The notes beneath the pieces are model-generated. The model did no database searches, had not been told where the DNA came from, and saw only the letters and a list, made by a program, of their open reading frames with translations. A program made the translations under genes and the position numbers. A DNA stretch of 64,000 bases from Flaccisagitta enflata (taxonomy: Eukaryota), in assembly GCA_965153355.1 (NCBI GenBank), contig OZ231126.1, positions 16,244,001-16,308,000 of the forward strand, given 5' to 3'. Positions 28,239-42,529 of the stretch are shown here, one piece after another (the stretch's first letter is position 1; each line of letters starts with the position of its first letter).

Positions 28239-31200
28239 CTTCCTGAATGTTCTGTTTTTAAGGCATGGATGGGTCTCTTGTAGATCATTGGTTCATTAGT
28301 CTAACAATCAAGTCCATCTCTTGATATCTGCAACCCTTAAGAGTCATTCCATCATTGGTCCACTATCATTTTGGATTCTATTTTGCTCCTTACAGTCTAA
28401 CAAAGCCCAAAAAGAAAGCAAACAATACTTTTTTCAGAAACCTTGAATAATACTGTCATTTCTGGAAGAGTTTACTTAGTTCTTCCCTTTAGACAACCAA
28501 ATATACCAGTCTTCGCCCTTTACACCCATTGACTCACAAGCAATCTGGCTGGTTGAATAAAGGGATAGAATAAGGAGATAGAGCACTGTTCATTTGCCTT
28601 CCTGCCCTTTACTAAACGCATTATGCAGCTAACACAGTACAAAAGACTGAGAAGGGTCACTCAATCTCATTTGCATATTGCAACTCTACAGTGACCTAAA
28701 AAAACATACTGAATGTCAATTTTTTCAGGGGCCTGATTGTTCTCTAATATTTCTATAAGTCCAACCGTCAAGTCCATTTCTTGATATCTGCAAGTGAATG
28801 CATAATTGCTCTACTTCTTCACTTGATCACTCCGAGCAAGGCATCGGGTACTGCTGACCATGTGAAATCCAATGACTTGTTTCAACCTAATATGCAGCCA
28901 AAACAGTATGAAAGACTGAGAAGGGACTTTGCATATTGCAGCTCTATAGTGACCTTTAATGAACTGCCTAATGTCCCTTTTTTCTCAGGTGCATAGGTCT
29001 AACAGTCAAGTCCATTACTAGATATCTGCAAAGCCTTAAAGCCTTGACTACTATCATATTGGTATTCATTTTGCCCCTTACAATCTAACAAACACCTAAA
29101 AAACTCATTCACCTTTGGAAAACATAGAAAGTTTGGCATTTTTGAAAAAGTGTTAGTTTAGCTTAGTTCTTCTCTCCAGTTATCCTTACAAGCCAATCTA
29201 TGCACTTTACATCTGTTGATTCACAAGCCATTGGGCCAGTTTTTAGTGAGAATCAAGGGGTAGAGAACTGTCTACTTGTTTACCACCCTTTTTAGTCGCT
29301 TGCACGCGACTCTGCAACCCGCTTTGTCCGTCTGTTGGTCCGTTGGTCGGTCCGTCCGTCACGCTTAGCTTTTTTTGCCGCCCCTGCCCACCCGACTAAG
29401 GTAGCTGTGTATCCGGCCTTGTTTTCAACCAACTTAGCAGCTTAAACAGTATGAAACACTGAGGATGGACACTGTCAATCTTATTTGCATATTGCAGCTC
29501 TATAGTAACCTAAACACAAACTTCCTGAATTTCAGTTTTTTCAGGTGCATAAATCGGTGTTTTGTAGATCATTAGTCCATTAGTCTAACAGTCCAGTCCA
29601 TTTCTTGGAATCTGCAATGCATTAGAGCAATACCATAATTGGATCACTGTTTTATTTGAATTCATTTTGCTCTTTACAGTCTTAAAAAGATCTAAAAATT
29701 CAATCATGGTTGTATACTTCACAAACTCTTGGCATGTGCAAGAAGATGAAAAATAAGTGGCAACCTTCCCCTTAAATCTGTCAAAACCTGTCACACTGAT
29801 TGACTCACGAGTCAAGAGCAATCTGTTTGGGTTTTAAGAGACTTACAGGAGGTGATCCATCCAGTTGTCTTAAACCCTTATTTTCAACTTTTTATGCAGC
29901 TAAAACCTTCAGTAGGGACTCTGTCAATCTCATTTGCATATTGCAGCTCTTTAGTGACCTAATAAATACTTCCTGAATGTCAATTTTTGCAGGGGTATTG
30001 ATTGGTCTCTGGTAGATCATTGGTTGCAGGGGCATTGATTGGTCTCTGGTTGATCATTGGTATATTAGTCTAACTAATACACTAGTCCATCTCTTGATTT
30101 TAGCAATGCCTAAGAGTCATTCCAAAGTTTTTTATCATTTTCATTTTGAAATTTGTTTCTCTGTTAACAGCCTTACAGACACCAAAGAAAAAACTTCCGT
30201 CCTTGCTGACCTTCAATAATTATGACATGTAGTAAAAGCAATCTGGCAAATTGTATCTGAAAATTAGAGGGAGGGGGAGAGAACCATCCATTTGTCTCCT
30301 ACCCCTTTTTGGGCAGCGGCCCCGAAGGGGACAAAGTCCTGTAGAACACAGGGGGACTTTCGTTCGTCCGTCCGTTTGTCCGTTTGTCCGTTCGTCCGTT
30401 CGTTAGTCCCCCCCCTCATCAGACCCCTCAGACCTCAAATCCAGCCTCTCAGGCCTCAAATCTGGCCTTCCGGGCCTCAAATTTGGCCTCTCAGGCCTCA
30501 AAACTGGTCTCTCAGGCCTTAAATTTGGCCTCTCAAGCCTCAAATTTGGCCTCAGGCCTCAAATCTGGCCTCTCAGGCCTCAAATCCAAAGTCTGGAGAG
30601 AAGGAAAAATTCCCCACATGAGTGAAAGCACAGGTCATCTAGCCCTTTGTGGCCGCTGCCCTGCTCCTGCCCTCAACTTCAATCACAACCTACTTGGGCA
30701 GGGCACAAGTACTGCTGACCATCAAACCCTTTTGCGACTATTCATACCTATAATGCAGCTAAAACAGACACTCAATTTAATTTGCATATTGCAGCTCTAT
30801 TGTGACCTTAAAAACTGCCTGAATGAGATTTTTTTCAGATGCAATGATTGTTCTTTTATAGATCATTGTCCATGAGTCTAATAGTCCTGTCCATCTGTTT
30901 ATAACTGCAATGCCTTGGAACCATACCATAATTTGACAACTATCATATTGGAATCCATATTTCTCCTTACAATCAAGGAAAAGCTTTTCATTGCTCTCCT
31001 CGACAAATTATGATATCATATTCAGATGTTCTGTTTTTATTAAATTTCCGTTCAGACGCCGTTACAAACTAGTAACCATTGACTCTTAATCAACTTGGCT
31101 GGTTTCAAAGGAGTACCAATGGACAGAAAACCATCCACGTGTCTTCTACCATTTTTTTCTACCTCTTATGCAGCTAAAACAGTACGAATGACTGAGAAGG

Positions 31201-32230
31201 GACATTGCCAATCTCATTTGCAGATTGCAGCTTTACTGTGACCTTAGAAAAACTTCCTGAAAGTCTTTTTTTCAGGTTCAGGTTTTCAGGTCTCTAGTAC
31301 ATCATTGGTCGATTAGTCTAATAGTCAAGTCCATGTCAGTTTATCTGCAATGACTAAAGAATCATTTCATGATTGGACCAGTCTTATTGAAATTCATTTT
31401 GCTCCTAACAGTCTTATAAAGGCCAAAAAAATGACAGTCACTTTTGCCAATATTGAGAAATTGTAGCACTCACTGATTGATAAACTTTGTTCCTTGGAGG
31501 TACTTCCTCCTGTCAGACAACTTTAGAAACCAATCTGCGCCTTCTACACCTTTTGACTCACTTGCAATCTTGCCAGTTATCAGTGCGCAATAAGAGATGG
31601 AGGACCATGCTTTTGTCTTCCACCCTTTTTTTCAACCTATCACACAGCTTTAACAGTATGAAAGACTGAGAAGGGACACTGTCAATCTCATTTGCATTTT
31701 GCCGCTCTATAGTGACCTCTATAGTGACAAATTTCCTGAATGTCTTTTTTTTCAGGTGTAGTGAATCAGTCGTTTGTAGATCATTGGTCCATAAGTCTAA
31801 CAGTCAAGTTCATTTACTGTTATCTCATGATTCTGCTAGCCTTCAATAATTATGGTATTTAAAAGAATATGTCATGTTAATGATGTTCTTCCAATCAAAA
31901 ACTTTTATTAACGAGTTGATGCCCTTGACTCCCATTGATTCACAAGAAATTTGGCTGGCATTTAATAAAACGTGAGAGAGGACTATCCATTGGGCTTTCA
32001 CTCCATTTTTCAACATATTATGAAGCTCAAACAGTATGAAAGATTTAGAAGGGTCACTGTCAATCTCATTTGCATATTGCAGCTTTACAGTGACCTACAA
32101 AAATGTCCTGAATGTGTTTTTTTCAGTTGCATGGGTCTCTCGTATATCTTTGGTCCATAAGTTCAACAGTGAAGTCCATCTTTTGGTAACAGCAACGCCT
32201 TAGAACCACTCTATAACTTAACCACTATTT
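28239..32230 (+). repeat. Degenerate tandem array, ~380-470-bp units with conserved ATTTGCAT-containing core
   Basis: Core gaagggacactgtcaatctcatttgcatattgcagctctatagtgacct at ~28641, 28911, 29454, 29915, 30765, 31187, 31661, 32039; second block tagatcattggtccattagtctaacagtcaagtccat. Confidence 0.85.
30306..30742 (+). mobile_element. HINE-like family 2 copy inserted in the tandem array
   Basis: ttttgggcagcggcccc ... ggccgctgccc, internal ~21-bp caggcctcaaatctggcctct repeats. Confidence 0.75.
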
Positions 32231-34488
32231 TGTGGGTATTATATTGATTTGGCTTCTTAATGTCTTAAAAATGAGTTTTGGTTTTAAATCTCAAATAAAG
32301 TACATTTACCCTTACAAAATGACTTTGTCACATGATCGGAGGGCAACAATACTCAGAGTGATCATTAGAGCATTCCATATATTCTCCTCCAGTCAATGAT
32401 GGGTGGGCAGGAAGGCGGAAAAGAACTAAAATTTCAAACCAATGTTTCCGGCCTTGTATTATTCAAATCCCAGACTTTTGAGTTGTAAGTTTTTTAGCTG
32501 TCTCTATTTCACTTCCACATCTAATTTGCATATTGTTGTCAGTTGATTAGCTCACTGTAATGAAATTCCTTGAAATATTTATCTTTTTTTAAGAGGAAAA
32601 ATTTTTAGAAAATATTATTCTATACCTATTTATGGCAAGATGAAACGACAGCATATACTTGTCTTTGAGTTGAGGTAATTTTTGGCAAATGATGAAATTT
32701 GTGTTGCTTGCCCAGGGTCTTAAATTCAAACAATACGATTTTTCCAATTTCACTCCTTTTACTGTTTGTTTCCATCAAAAGGGTGAAAATTTACAGTCCA
32801 AATCAAAGAGTATTCAAAGTTAGAAGAGAATGATAAACTTCTAAAATAAAAAAAAAACTGATGAATGATTTTTCCAATAAAAAAATTGAGAATTTGAAAA
32901 TAAAGAGAACTTGTGTGTCTTGGAAGGGCTTGGCTATGCATCAGAAAAATTAAGTTGCTAGGTTTGCTCTGGTTAAGCTTGGCTTGTCTTGGCTTGGCTT
33001 GGCTTGGCTTGGCTTGGCATAAGTAAGTCTGTGTGGCTTTTGGGGTCTAGCTTAGCTTCATCTGGACTGGCTTGACTTGACATTGCTTGGCTTGGTTTAT
33101 CTTTCCTTCCTCTGGCATTGAACCAAAGACTGAGACTAGTCTGAGACTAGACTGTTACAAGTTTGGTCTCTGAGATTTGAATTTCCAAAACATCTTCCTC
33201 CTCATCAATGAACTCCTTTCCAGCTGCTTCCCATCTCCTACAAGTAGGAAGCCTTTTGTTTTTACATAGCAATACTTCATAAAATAGTTTACCCCAATAT
33301 CCCAGAGGCAGCACTTAACAGGTATATGGCTCTTTTGTCCCGATTTTTGCTGAAAATTTACATAGGGAGGGTTGTTTATTTTGATTTACTGGGATGTCAA
33401 CAATAAAAAAATCAAAAATCTTACATCAAAATGTTGGGCAAGTCGAGCTCTATCTATTGGTACCATTTTGATGGCTATGTCTGCTTCATAGCAAACAATT
33501 TCAATCATTGAAGAGGAAACGTTTTTCATAGGGACCCGTTATGAATGAAAATGTGGATAAATCATTAGAAGATTCCCAAGATAATGATGGACTGACTTAT
33601 GTAGCTTAAAATCAATGGTATTCTTAAATGAATCATGCAAAAATGGCCAGATTGGTCCAGAAAGCAGGATATGAGTTTCAGTTTATATATTTCAAGCCAT
33701 AAATACCAAATCGCGGAAATCCGGGTGCAAAATTTTGATTTTTCTTTGATTTTTGAAGTTTGAATAGGTTTTGCATCACATTGCTAGTCATAAGGTTTCT
33801 AGTTTTCTCCAAAATATTGACAAATCAAATCATATGAAAAAGAAGGGTGAAATACTAGCCATTCACAACCAATCTGGTGATTTGAGCTCAATACATGCAA
33901 AAATTTTAAGGGTTCATTGATGTAAAACAGTTTAACAATGCCGTTTTTAGGCAAAATTCCTGGAAATGTCATGAAATTTCAAAATTTTATGGAAGCTGAA
34001 CTGCTAGACCCGGTGCTATGAAATTTTGCACGAATAAATGGTAGGTTATATGCTTTCAGATGAAACCAATCTGAATTTTTCAAAATGAATACTGTAGGCA
34101 CATTAAAGGTTTTGCTTGTATCACTTGCTTTTGAACACAGGGTACCTATTTTTAGACACTCATGATAAGTGTTTCTTCAGTATACAGGTCAATTGGTAAG
34201 ATTCTGACCGCTAGCCGTCAATGCAGTTGAGTCAGCGTTTTGCACTCTTGATAACATCACTTGCAGAAACCAACCAATTCGCTCCGGCGACGCAGAAAAA
34301 CCATGTCCAAATATAAAACAAGCACCATGTCTTTGGATGATGACAAATTCGACCATAGATATGGTAATCAATCCTCCAATGGGTCACTGAGCGATATTGG
34401 TGAGTACCGAGTATTGGTAAAAATGTAAGAGGTGGTGTAGGTGTATAAACTCGATACAAGAGCGCCCTAGTAGATACACCAATAGTAA

Positions 34489-34714
34489 TTCTCATGGTTT
34501 TTGCCTAAATGGTATCCAGAGCTGGCTCTTCTTGACATCGGGCAATTGATTTGGTTGGACTACGTCGGAATCACCCTTCAGGCATTTATCATCTTTTTTG
34601 GTGTTCTTCTCAACGGTTTCGTCTTGTCTGTTTTATCCGGAGACCCACGCCGAAATATGCTCGACGCATTTCAAATGCAATTGGCCTCGACCGATCTCGT
34701 TACGAGTGTCACAG
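34489..34714 (+). CDS. Orphan class A 7TM receptor 1, exon encoding TM1-TM2 (5' boundary/start unresolved)
   Basis: AFIIFFGVLLNGFVLSVL (TM1 Asn), QLASTDL (LAxxD); donor acag|gtag; in-frame TAA at 34486. Confidence 0.7.
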
Positions 34715-35120
34715 GTAGGACCCGAAGGTTTTGAAATTAACTAGTTAATACTTTTTTTGGTAGTTAACTACTAACAGCAGATTAAAATTTTAGCCTTTTT
34801 TTGTTATATCCAATGAAATATTTTCATCAAGACTGGCATTCCCATTGAATTTTTACAAAGGCACATTTGCCCTGGTCAAAATTGGCTCAAATATCATATG
34901 TGTCTCTGTTCTAACGATAACAATATCTTATCCCTTGTAAATTGTCATGAACTTAAAAAAAAAACCCTAAATTTTAGGCAAAATGACTGATTTTTGTCAG
35001 TTTGCACAAAAAAATTTGTTGACTAGCTAATTTTGGTTAGTATACTTTAAGGGTTTTCAAATTTTTAACTAATGAACTAACTAGCTAGTTAAGGATAACT
35101 TCTCCGGGTCCTACTTGCAG

Positions 35121-35272
35121 GCCCAGTTTGCGTCATCGGGTTTCGATTTGTCATCATCAATGACCCGGAACGAGGACCTCTTCTTTTAGTCTGCTCCATA
35201 CTTTTGGCGATCACCAACATCACCACGGAATACTTGGTGACTATCCTCATTGCCGTTGTCCGGACGATAAAC
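35121..35272 (+). CDS. 7TM receptor 1, exon TM2 end-TM3
   Basis: ttgcag| ... |gtacgt, phase-compatible; PVCVIGF...LLVCSILLAITNITTEYLVTILIAVVRTIN. Confidence 0.75.
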
Positions 35273-35334
35273 GTACGTACAAGCCATTTGGAAGATATTC
35301 CCTTACTTTTCTCAGGCGTTTTGCATTTCTTCGT

Positions 35335-35488
35335 TTTTAGTCGCGGACACGCGACTCTATAACCCACTTTTCGGTCCATCGGTCCGTCGGTCGGTCCGTC
35401 GGTCCGTCGGTCACAAAGTTGTTTTTTGACTTTTTCCGCTCCTGCCCACCCGTCCGCGACTAATGCTGCCGTGTATACGGCCTTGTTT
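35335..35488 (+). mobile_element. HINE-like family 1 copy (intronic)
   Basis: AGTCGCGGAC ... GTCCGCGACT, ggccttgtt. Confidence 0.75.
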
Positions 35489-35577
35489 TTTTGTTTTTTT
35501 TTTTTGCGTCTTGTTATTCATCTTGGCTTTTTTGACATTCAAAACATCTGACAGCCTTGTTTCCAATATCCAATTAG

Positions 35578-35952
35578 ATTCACCGATGTCTCACAACCTG
35601 GGTCAGTCGAAGGGACATCATCATGGGCCGTCTTTCAAGATTCTGCGCGGCGATTGCCATTTGGATCATCGCGTCTGCAGTCCCACTTCAAAATGGCATC
35701 AAACTAGGCGTCTTATTGAATTCTGGATCCCGCGATGAACATTCTGTGGTTCAATTGTTGATACCTTTCTTTATCCAAGTCGCCACTTCTTTCGTGGTCA
35801 CGCTGGTAGTCACCATAACAACGGGTTGTTACACCCAAAGTCTCATCAATCGTCATGGGGCTATCAATTCTCAACTCTCGGAAGTTGTCGACGTCGGCAA
35901 GAAAGCCATGATCACCGCCAAACTGGGCTTTGCATCGACTTGTTGTCTCCAG
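35578..35952 (+). CDS. 7TM receptor 1, exon TM4-TM6
   Basis: ttag| ... cag|gt, 125 codons; AIAIWIIASAVP (TM4 Trp/Pro), IPFFIQVATSFVVTLVV, ASTCCLQ. Confidence 0.75.
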
Positions 35953-36328
35953 GTTTCAATCTTAAGTGCTGGTTTGTAGAGAAAAGGCTCCGCTGCTTTT
36001 AAGGGTGGTACCATACTGGTTGTCGATGCCTTATTGTCATTGGAGGGTTTGGAGAAGTTGTCCACAAGTCTGTCCGTAGGTCCGTCCGAAGGTGATATGA
36101 TTTTTAGTTAGTGCAATCTTGATGATTTATTCATCATATCTTGAATGATATCCTTATCGTACGTGCTCATTACTAACCACCTAATAAGCTAAATAGGACG
36201 CATCTACCATCGAGGAATATCTTTGCCTGTTTGGCTTTTGTGTGAAAACCTGAAAATATCGATGTCAACGTCGTTGACATTGCCATTCTGATGACTCAAC
36301 GAGTGGTTTCAATCTCTCATCCCATCAG

Positions 36329-36456
36329 ATTCCTCTTTTGATCATGCTGGTGTTAAGGCTTACGGGGATCTTCAAATTCAGTCGTTATCTATTGTGGGGC
36401 GTTCATACTTTCCCGGGAATCCGACTTCTTGCAACACCCCTAATATTCATCGTCAG
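36329..36456 (+). CDS. 7TM receptor 1, exon TM6 end-TM7 (terminal exon uncertain, possibly 36755-36806)
   Basis: catcag| IPLLIMLVL...RLLATPLIFIV |gtacag; completes CxxP and an NPxxY-like TPLIF. Confidence 0.7.
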
Positions 36457-37310
36457 GTACAGTATGATACCTTTCTTCTTGGCCATAATCATAAAGACAC
36501 CTGAGAAGATGCATCAATTTTAGAGTGTAGAACCTCTAAATGAACTGAGCTTCCGAGCCCAGAACGGTCGCATATGCAAGATCTCAAATCATTAATGACA
36601 ATGGGATCGAGTTGGTTACATTTTTATTCCTTAAGATGTAGAGACTCTTTCACAGTTGATGTTTTCTTTTCTCGCTGAATGCATGTTTATGTATCTTTGA
36701 GGGAAAGCAACATGTCCGCTGCCTGTTTGCAGTTTGATTTTCTTCTTTTCCTAGTCATTCCAGAATTGGTCCATTCTATACGTTATGCGTTTTCCAGTCC
36801 ATATAGAAAAAAAGGGTTTGAATACTGCTCCCGCTCACCCCCACACGACTTTCTACCCTTATCATTTTCAAGGTCATCAAAATTCCATGACATGGCCATG
36901 AAGATGATGAAAAACAATGGCTTTTTCAAGCTAGCGACGATCTTTGAGCAGATTTTCATCGGTAAAACTACTTCATAACCATAGCGCCATTCCCCAAAGA
37001 GTATCAACATATGGATGGTGACTATCCCACATCTCAACTTCTCAAAAAAAATTTCATTTCATAAAGGTTCCAGTCAGCGTTGCCTTAGGGCAGTTCTTAA
37101 CAATTTTTGATCTTTATCACCTCTTGAAAATGTTCCCGTACTTGAAACATAGCCCCAAAGTGTGAAATATTCCCAAATAATGGCTCAATTGTCAATTGTC
37201 AATTATAAGAGTTATTTATAAATCCCTCGATCTGTCTGTCTGTTTCTTTCCATCTCTGTCTCTGTCTCTGACTCTGTCTCTCTCTCCGTTTCTGACTCTC
37301 TCTGTCTTTG

Positions 37311-37459
<149 letters not shown>

Positions 37460-38248
37460 TCATTTACTTTCATTGTTATCAAATTGTTTTGTTAACAAGC
37501 TAGGTGAATTGTAGGTGAATTGTAAGCCCATTTTATTCTGCAGTTTGTGATGCATTTGATACATAATGCCCATTTTCAATTACTACAAGTGTATTTTTTC
37601 ATTGAAAAAAGTCATTTGGGACGTTTTGTGTTCTATCAGACAGGTGTCACGCTTAGCCGACCTTGGACGGAATGAAATTCATCAATTTTTACATGTTTGA
37701 AAATTGAACAAAACCATACATCATCATGTAGCTTACCAATCTTTACATATGAATCCATTCTTGGATTTTCTTAAGTAAGCTCATTTTTCATGCAAATTAG
37801 GCTTAAATAGATATTGTTGGAAATCTTATTACTAGAAAATTTAGCAAAATACATTAAAGAAATCAATATGACAGTGAAATTCTTATTGATAACGTTCAAG
37901 CAAACATGTGTGATCATGTTTCTGAAATTTTTTTGAATTTTTTTAGTTTTATAAAAAAATCTCTATGAGTACCATTTCTGGCTGGGTGGGCTGTTGGTAG
38001 GAAGATTTTTTTTACCAAGCTCTGTTTCATGCCAGTGACGAGGAATCTTTAAAGGAAGCTTCATGCAAAATTTCAACCAGATCGGACAATTATTTTAGAA
38101 GTTATGCAATTTTTTCATTTCTTCATCTGGTAGGCTGGTTGGTCTGGTTAGACTGCTCGACATTCTTTAGGTCGCATCAGATTTTAGGCAAAGGACCCTC
38201 TTGATCCAGATACCAACCATGCAAAATTTCATTGGGCTTGCTCATATA

Positions 38249-39062
38249 CAGTGGACTACTGCCTTATCGGCACCTGATTTACCAACATTTCGTATTTAGC
38301 AGCCAGCATACCTTGGTCCCAAATTTTCATAGGCTTTTACAATGTTGATTTTTTCTGATTTAACAACACCTGATTTAACAGCTGAACCTGATTTACAGGC
38401 ATTATTTTTTGGTCCCATCAAAAAATTTAAAGGCATTGTAACAAGATTCAATCAAATTTACAATGATCTTTTTTTTGTCTTTCTATTTTTAGCTAAAATT
38501 GAATATGAAAGATACAAAAAATAAAGTCAAAAAGGCATACAGAAGCATGTAATAACAATGATAAGATATGGCGTAAGGAAAAAAATGAACAACTGAATAG
38601 AGAAATTTTAATCAAAATCGATTTTTAAGTGGCGGTCACTTGACTGTACTCCTTGCCGTGTTGATTGGTAGATATGTCGTTAAACCATCAGATTTTTGAA
38701 TTTCGAGCAGTCTTTGCATAACTGCTCCTGCCCAACCATCCGCGACTAGATTGCCGTGCATCCAGCCTTGTTTTTTACTATTTAGTACTCTTTACCTTTC
38801 TAAATAGCTTTAATATTTTATGTATGATAATGATTTTTTGATATGTTAAAGCAGGCCTTTTAGAGGCTATGTCTGTCAATCTGTCACTCAGTTTACCAGA
38901 TGCATAAATGCTCAACCATTGCATATGTTGGCATATCTAACTTTGTTGTGATCTTTTTTGTATAAAAAAATGGCAAATATTAGTAATTCGATTTAACAAC
39001 ATTTGGATTTAACAACCAAAATTACCCAGTCCCTTCAAGACCGTTATATCGGATTTCCACTG
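38249..39062. mobile_element. Tc1/mariner (pogo-like) MITE with a nested HINE
   Basis: ta|cagtgga ... tccactg|ta; internal gatttaacaac repeats; HINE at ~38625-38773. Confidence 0.65.
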
Positions 39063-40470
39063 TAGTTCCTGAGATATGCGAATTTGAATTTCGAGAAATT
39101 TTACCAAACTAAAATTTAAAAGCATCGCGCATTTGTATGAGAAGCGCTGTGTGGAAACAAAAGATTAACTACGAGGCTTGGTCGGCGAGCGTTACAATTC
39201 AATTCTTATTTTTGTAGTGATCAACTTTGAAATTTCACTGTGATCAAACATTTTGGGATTAAGAGTTGAAATTTTAAGTGCAAGTATAGAATTTGACCTT
39301 CTTTCCCATCATGAAGATGAATTTTTTGTCACGTATGTTACTATGCCGTGGCAAAGTATGAATCATAGTGTGACACAAGTGTGACAGCTACAACAAGGAG
39401 CACCTCTGAATTGTAACGCTCCTGGAAAATTTTCATTTCTCTAGATTGAAATGGAAAAAATCCTTGAAAATTGGAGGAAAGGTCCTTCAACTAGTCCTTA
39501 ATGCAATGAAAAAAGAAAAAGTGCTTAATGTTTGATTAAAGATAGGCCTACAAAAAAACCCGTCTACCTAACTCATTTCTTGTAAAAAATGACAGAAAAA
39601 TAAAGGGGAAGAGTATTATAATCCAAATTCATTTTTGTCATCTTACAGTTGAAATATTCAAACTTTCTACACATATCAATGGATTGATAGTGATTGCTTA
39701 CAAGCTATTGGATGACCCCCGTTGACATTTTTTGATTGGTTAAACTTGCATTTTGCTTGCAGGGACAGAATCGGGACAGGCCAAAATAGACCCTTCTACC
39801 CCTGTTTTGGACCCCATAGGGGCAGCCGGTGTGGCAAAAAATGGTTTGGTATGGCACACCAGATAGTTAGGTATGTCACCCAACCTTTGTGACCTTATGC
39901 AATTAAGCAAAAGAAGCGATGACACTTCTTCAATGGTGGAGAGTCAGGGTTTTTCGCGCGCATGACGAAACTCGGAATTAACCATCCTGATTTTGGACCT
40001 TGCATACGTCTGTAATCAATTATTTGGAAGCAAATTAAGCATGAAAGCATAAAGCTGCTATAGAAAAGAAGCTAGTGCCGCTTCTGTACGTATTACTGAC
40101 TAATAAGAGAAAATGTTTTCACTTAACTCTAACAAAATTACCTGTAATGGTAATAAAGAATAAATGGGGAAAACAAATTGGAAAAAATCATGGCAGGGAA
40201 AATGTCATTCTGAACAATATTCATAAATGTCATACATATTTACTCGTTTTGCATGCACCTGCGATTCTGAGCCTGGACTGGATCCACTGGACTCTTGAAT
40301 GCACGCAATTAGGACATGATTAAAAGAAATTATTGATGGATCTTTTAGTTTTAGGATTCAATTTCTCCTCTTCCTATCCCATTTCGGCGCGGCCCCTGTG
40401 AAGCACAAAATCGATTAAATCGGTATGCAAAATTGCCTGCTGTATCAAATTTACGTGATCCCCTTAACCA

Positions 40471-40687
<217 letters not shown>

Positions 40688-41222
40688 TTTGAATCACAAG
40701 AAGCAAGATATGAGAAGATAGATTTATATCCGGAAAATATTTGTATGATGGCAGATAGAAGGAGATGATTAGATAATGAATCAGTAATATTGGAAGAAAG
40801 AATAAAAGAAAATCGAAATTTACCTACGTCACAGTGCAGACGAAGTGAGAGATAAACAGTCAACATTTTTAGTCGCGAATTAGCAATTTTATAAGAGGCT
40901 TTGTCCATCTGTCGGTCTGTCCATCCATTGGTCTTTGGTGATCGAGTTGGAAAGTGTGAAATAGCGCATTTTCGCCCCTGCCCACCCGTCTGCGACTGGT
41001 ATTGGCCGTGTATCCGGCCTTGTTTTGATTACCTTTACAGTTTAATCTGGAGTTTTTTGTTGAGGAGAAATGATTCATACTATTTTTGCATAAAGAATCA
41101 TTAATAGTCTATAGTAAGGAGTAAATAAACGGACAAGTATTAGAAAAAAACAAAGAAACGAGGCCATATTCATGGTACCCCAGTCTTGGATAGTTGGGCA
41201 GGAGCAGCAATGCCGAAACTGC

Positions 41223-41604
41223 CAGGCCTGATTTTAGAGCGAGCCCGCGAGCCCGATGCTCTCTATTTTGCTCTCGGGCTCATATGTTTTGCAAGCTCTG
41301 AGCCCGGCAGGCTCTCTCTAATTGGGATTGATTTAAAGCGCTCAAGCTGATTGAGTGAAATATTTGAAAAATCATCAAGTTTTGAGTCGTTTTTCGATTT
41401 TTTCACAAACTGAATCATCTTCATAGTGATCATTTTTTCATTAGATCATATAATCAGTAGCTGCTTTTACAAATCTAGGCTGATATGATTGTAAAACTTG
41501 GCATAACATTTTTACCGGGCTCATGGTTTTCCTCTCGGGCTCTGTCAAACGGTGGGGAGCGAGCCCGACTGGCTCGGTCAAAAAAATCACTAAAATCAGG
41601 CCTG
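41223..41604 (+). mobile_element. hAT MITE
   Basis: TIR caggcctgattttag / ctaaaatcaggcctg; perfect 8-bp TSD gaaactgc; subterminal gagccc motifs. Confidence 0.9.
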
Positions 41605-42529
41605 GAAACTGCTATCGATACCAACCAATCAACTGTCTGACCATCCAACCATCCGAGTGACCAACTAACCAACACGGCTTGTTCTAGTGTTGTGTGTCTA
41701 TGACTAAAATACATTTCTTTGCAATCTGATAAATCTTATAACTTTGCAAAAATTTTAAACAAGGCGGGATACATGGCTACCCAAGTCATGTACAGGTGGG
41801 CAGGGGCATTGATGATAAAAGCTAACAAAGCATCAGGGCAGGGGCAGTAATTCAAATATCATTTGTAAATACTTAAAAAAGCTAAGTGTTACAAACTAAT
41901 GGACAAACTGACTAACCAACCAACGGACAGAACTGGCATTTTTAAAATCATGGCATCTTTCAAAAGATTTTGGAGATAAGAGACATATTTTTAGAAATTC
42001 AAAATTTTGCACAACGAAGCAGATTTATAGTTTTTCTCGCCAGTTTTTCAACGTTTTCTTCTTATTTCAAGAAGAAATATTCATGTTTTATTCAATAACT
42101 TTGTTCTCAATCAATAAACAACATTTTTGAAAAAAAAACTTTTTGAGAAATTAGAGGCATATAAAACTAAGACTCAGAAATAAAAAAAAAACAATGATAA
42201 TTTTTGAACATGATTTATTATGACTGAAAATCTGATTTTGTCTTTTTTTTTTGCACTGAGACGAAATATAAAGGATAGGGAAGAAAGGAAGAAAAAGATT
42301 AAACAAGAAAAAAAAACTGATAAAAGAAGGTAGGGAAGAAACAAGACCGGGCAGGGGCAGTAATGCGAGTGGGCGGGGACAACATGTGGGTGGGCGGCGG
42401 ATTTAATGTCGCTGGGCGGGGGTGGCAATCACTATTAACAAGCGACTAAAAATAAAGAAGGGCCACAATTGGGGTGGGATTGAATTATGTTGGCGAATAT
42501 GGCTTATTCTTCTTTTCTTTTCTTTCTTC

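Noticed and set aside
28641-32096. CRISPR-like repeat/spacer appearance
   Set aside because: Intervals are ~400 bp and homologous to each other, the repeats are degenerate, no cas genes are present, and the context is eukaryotic.
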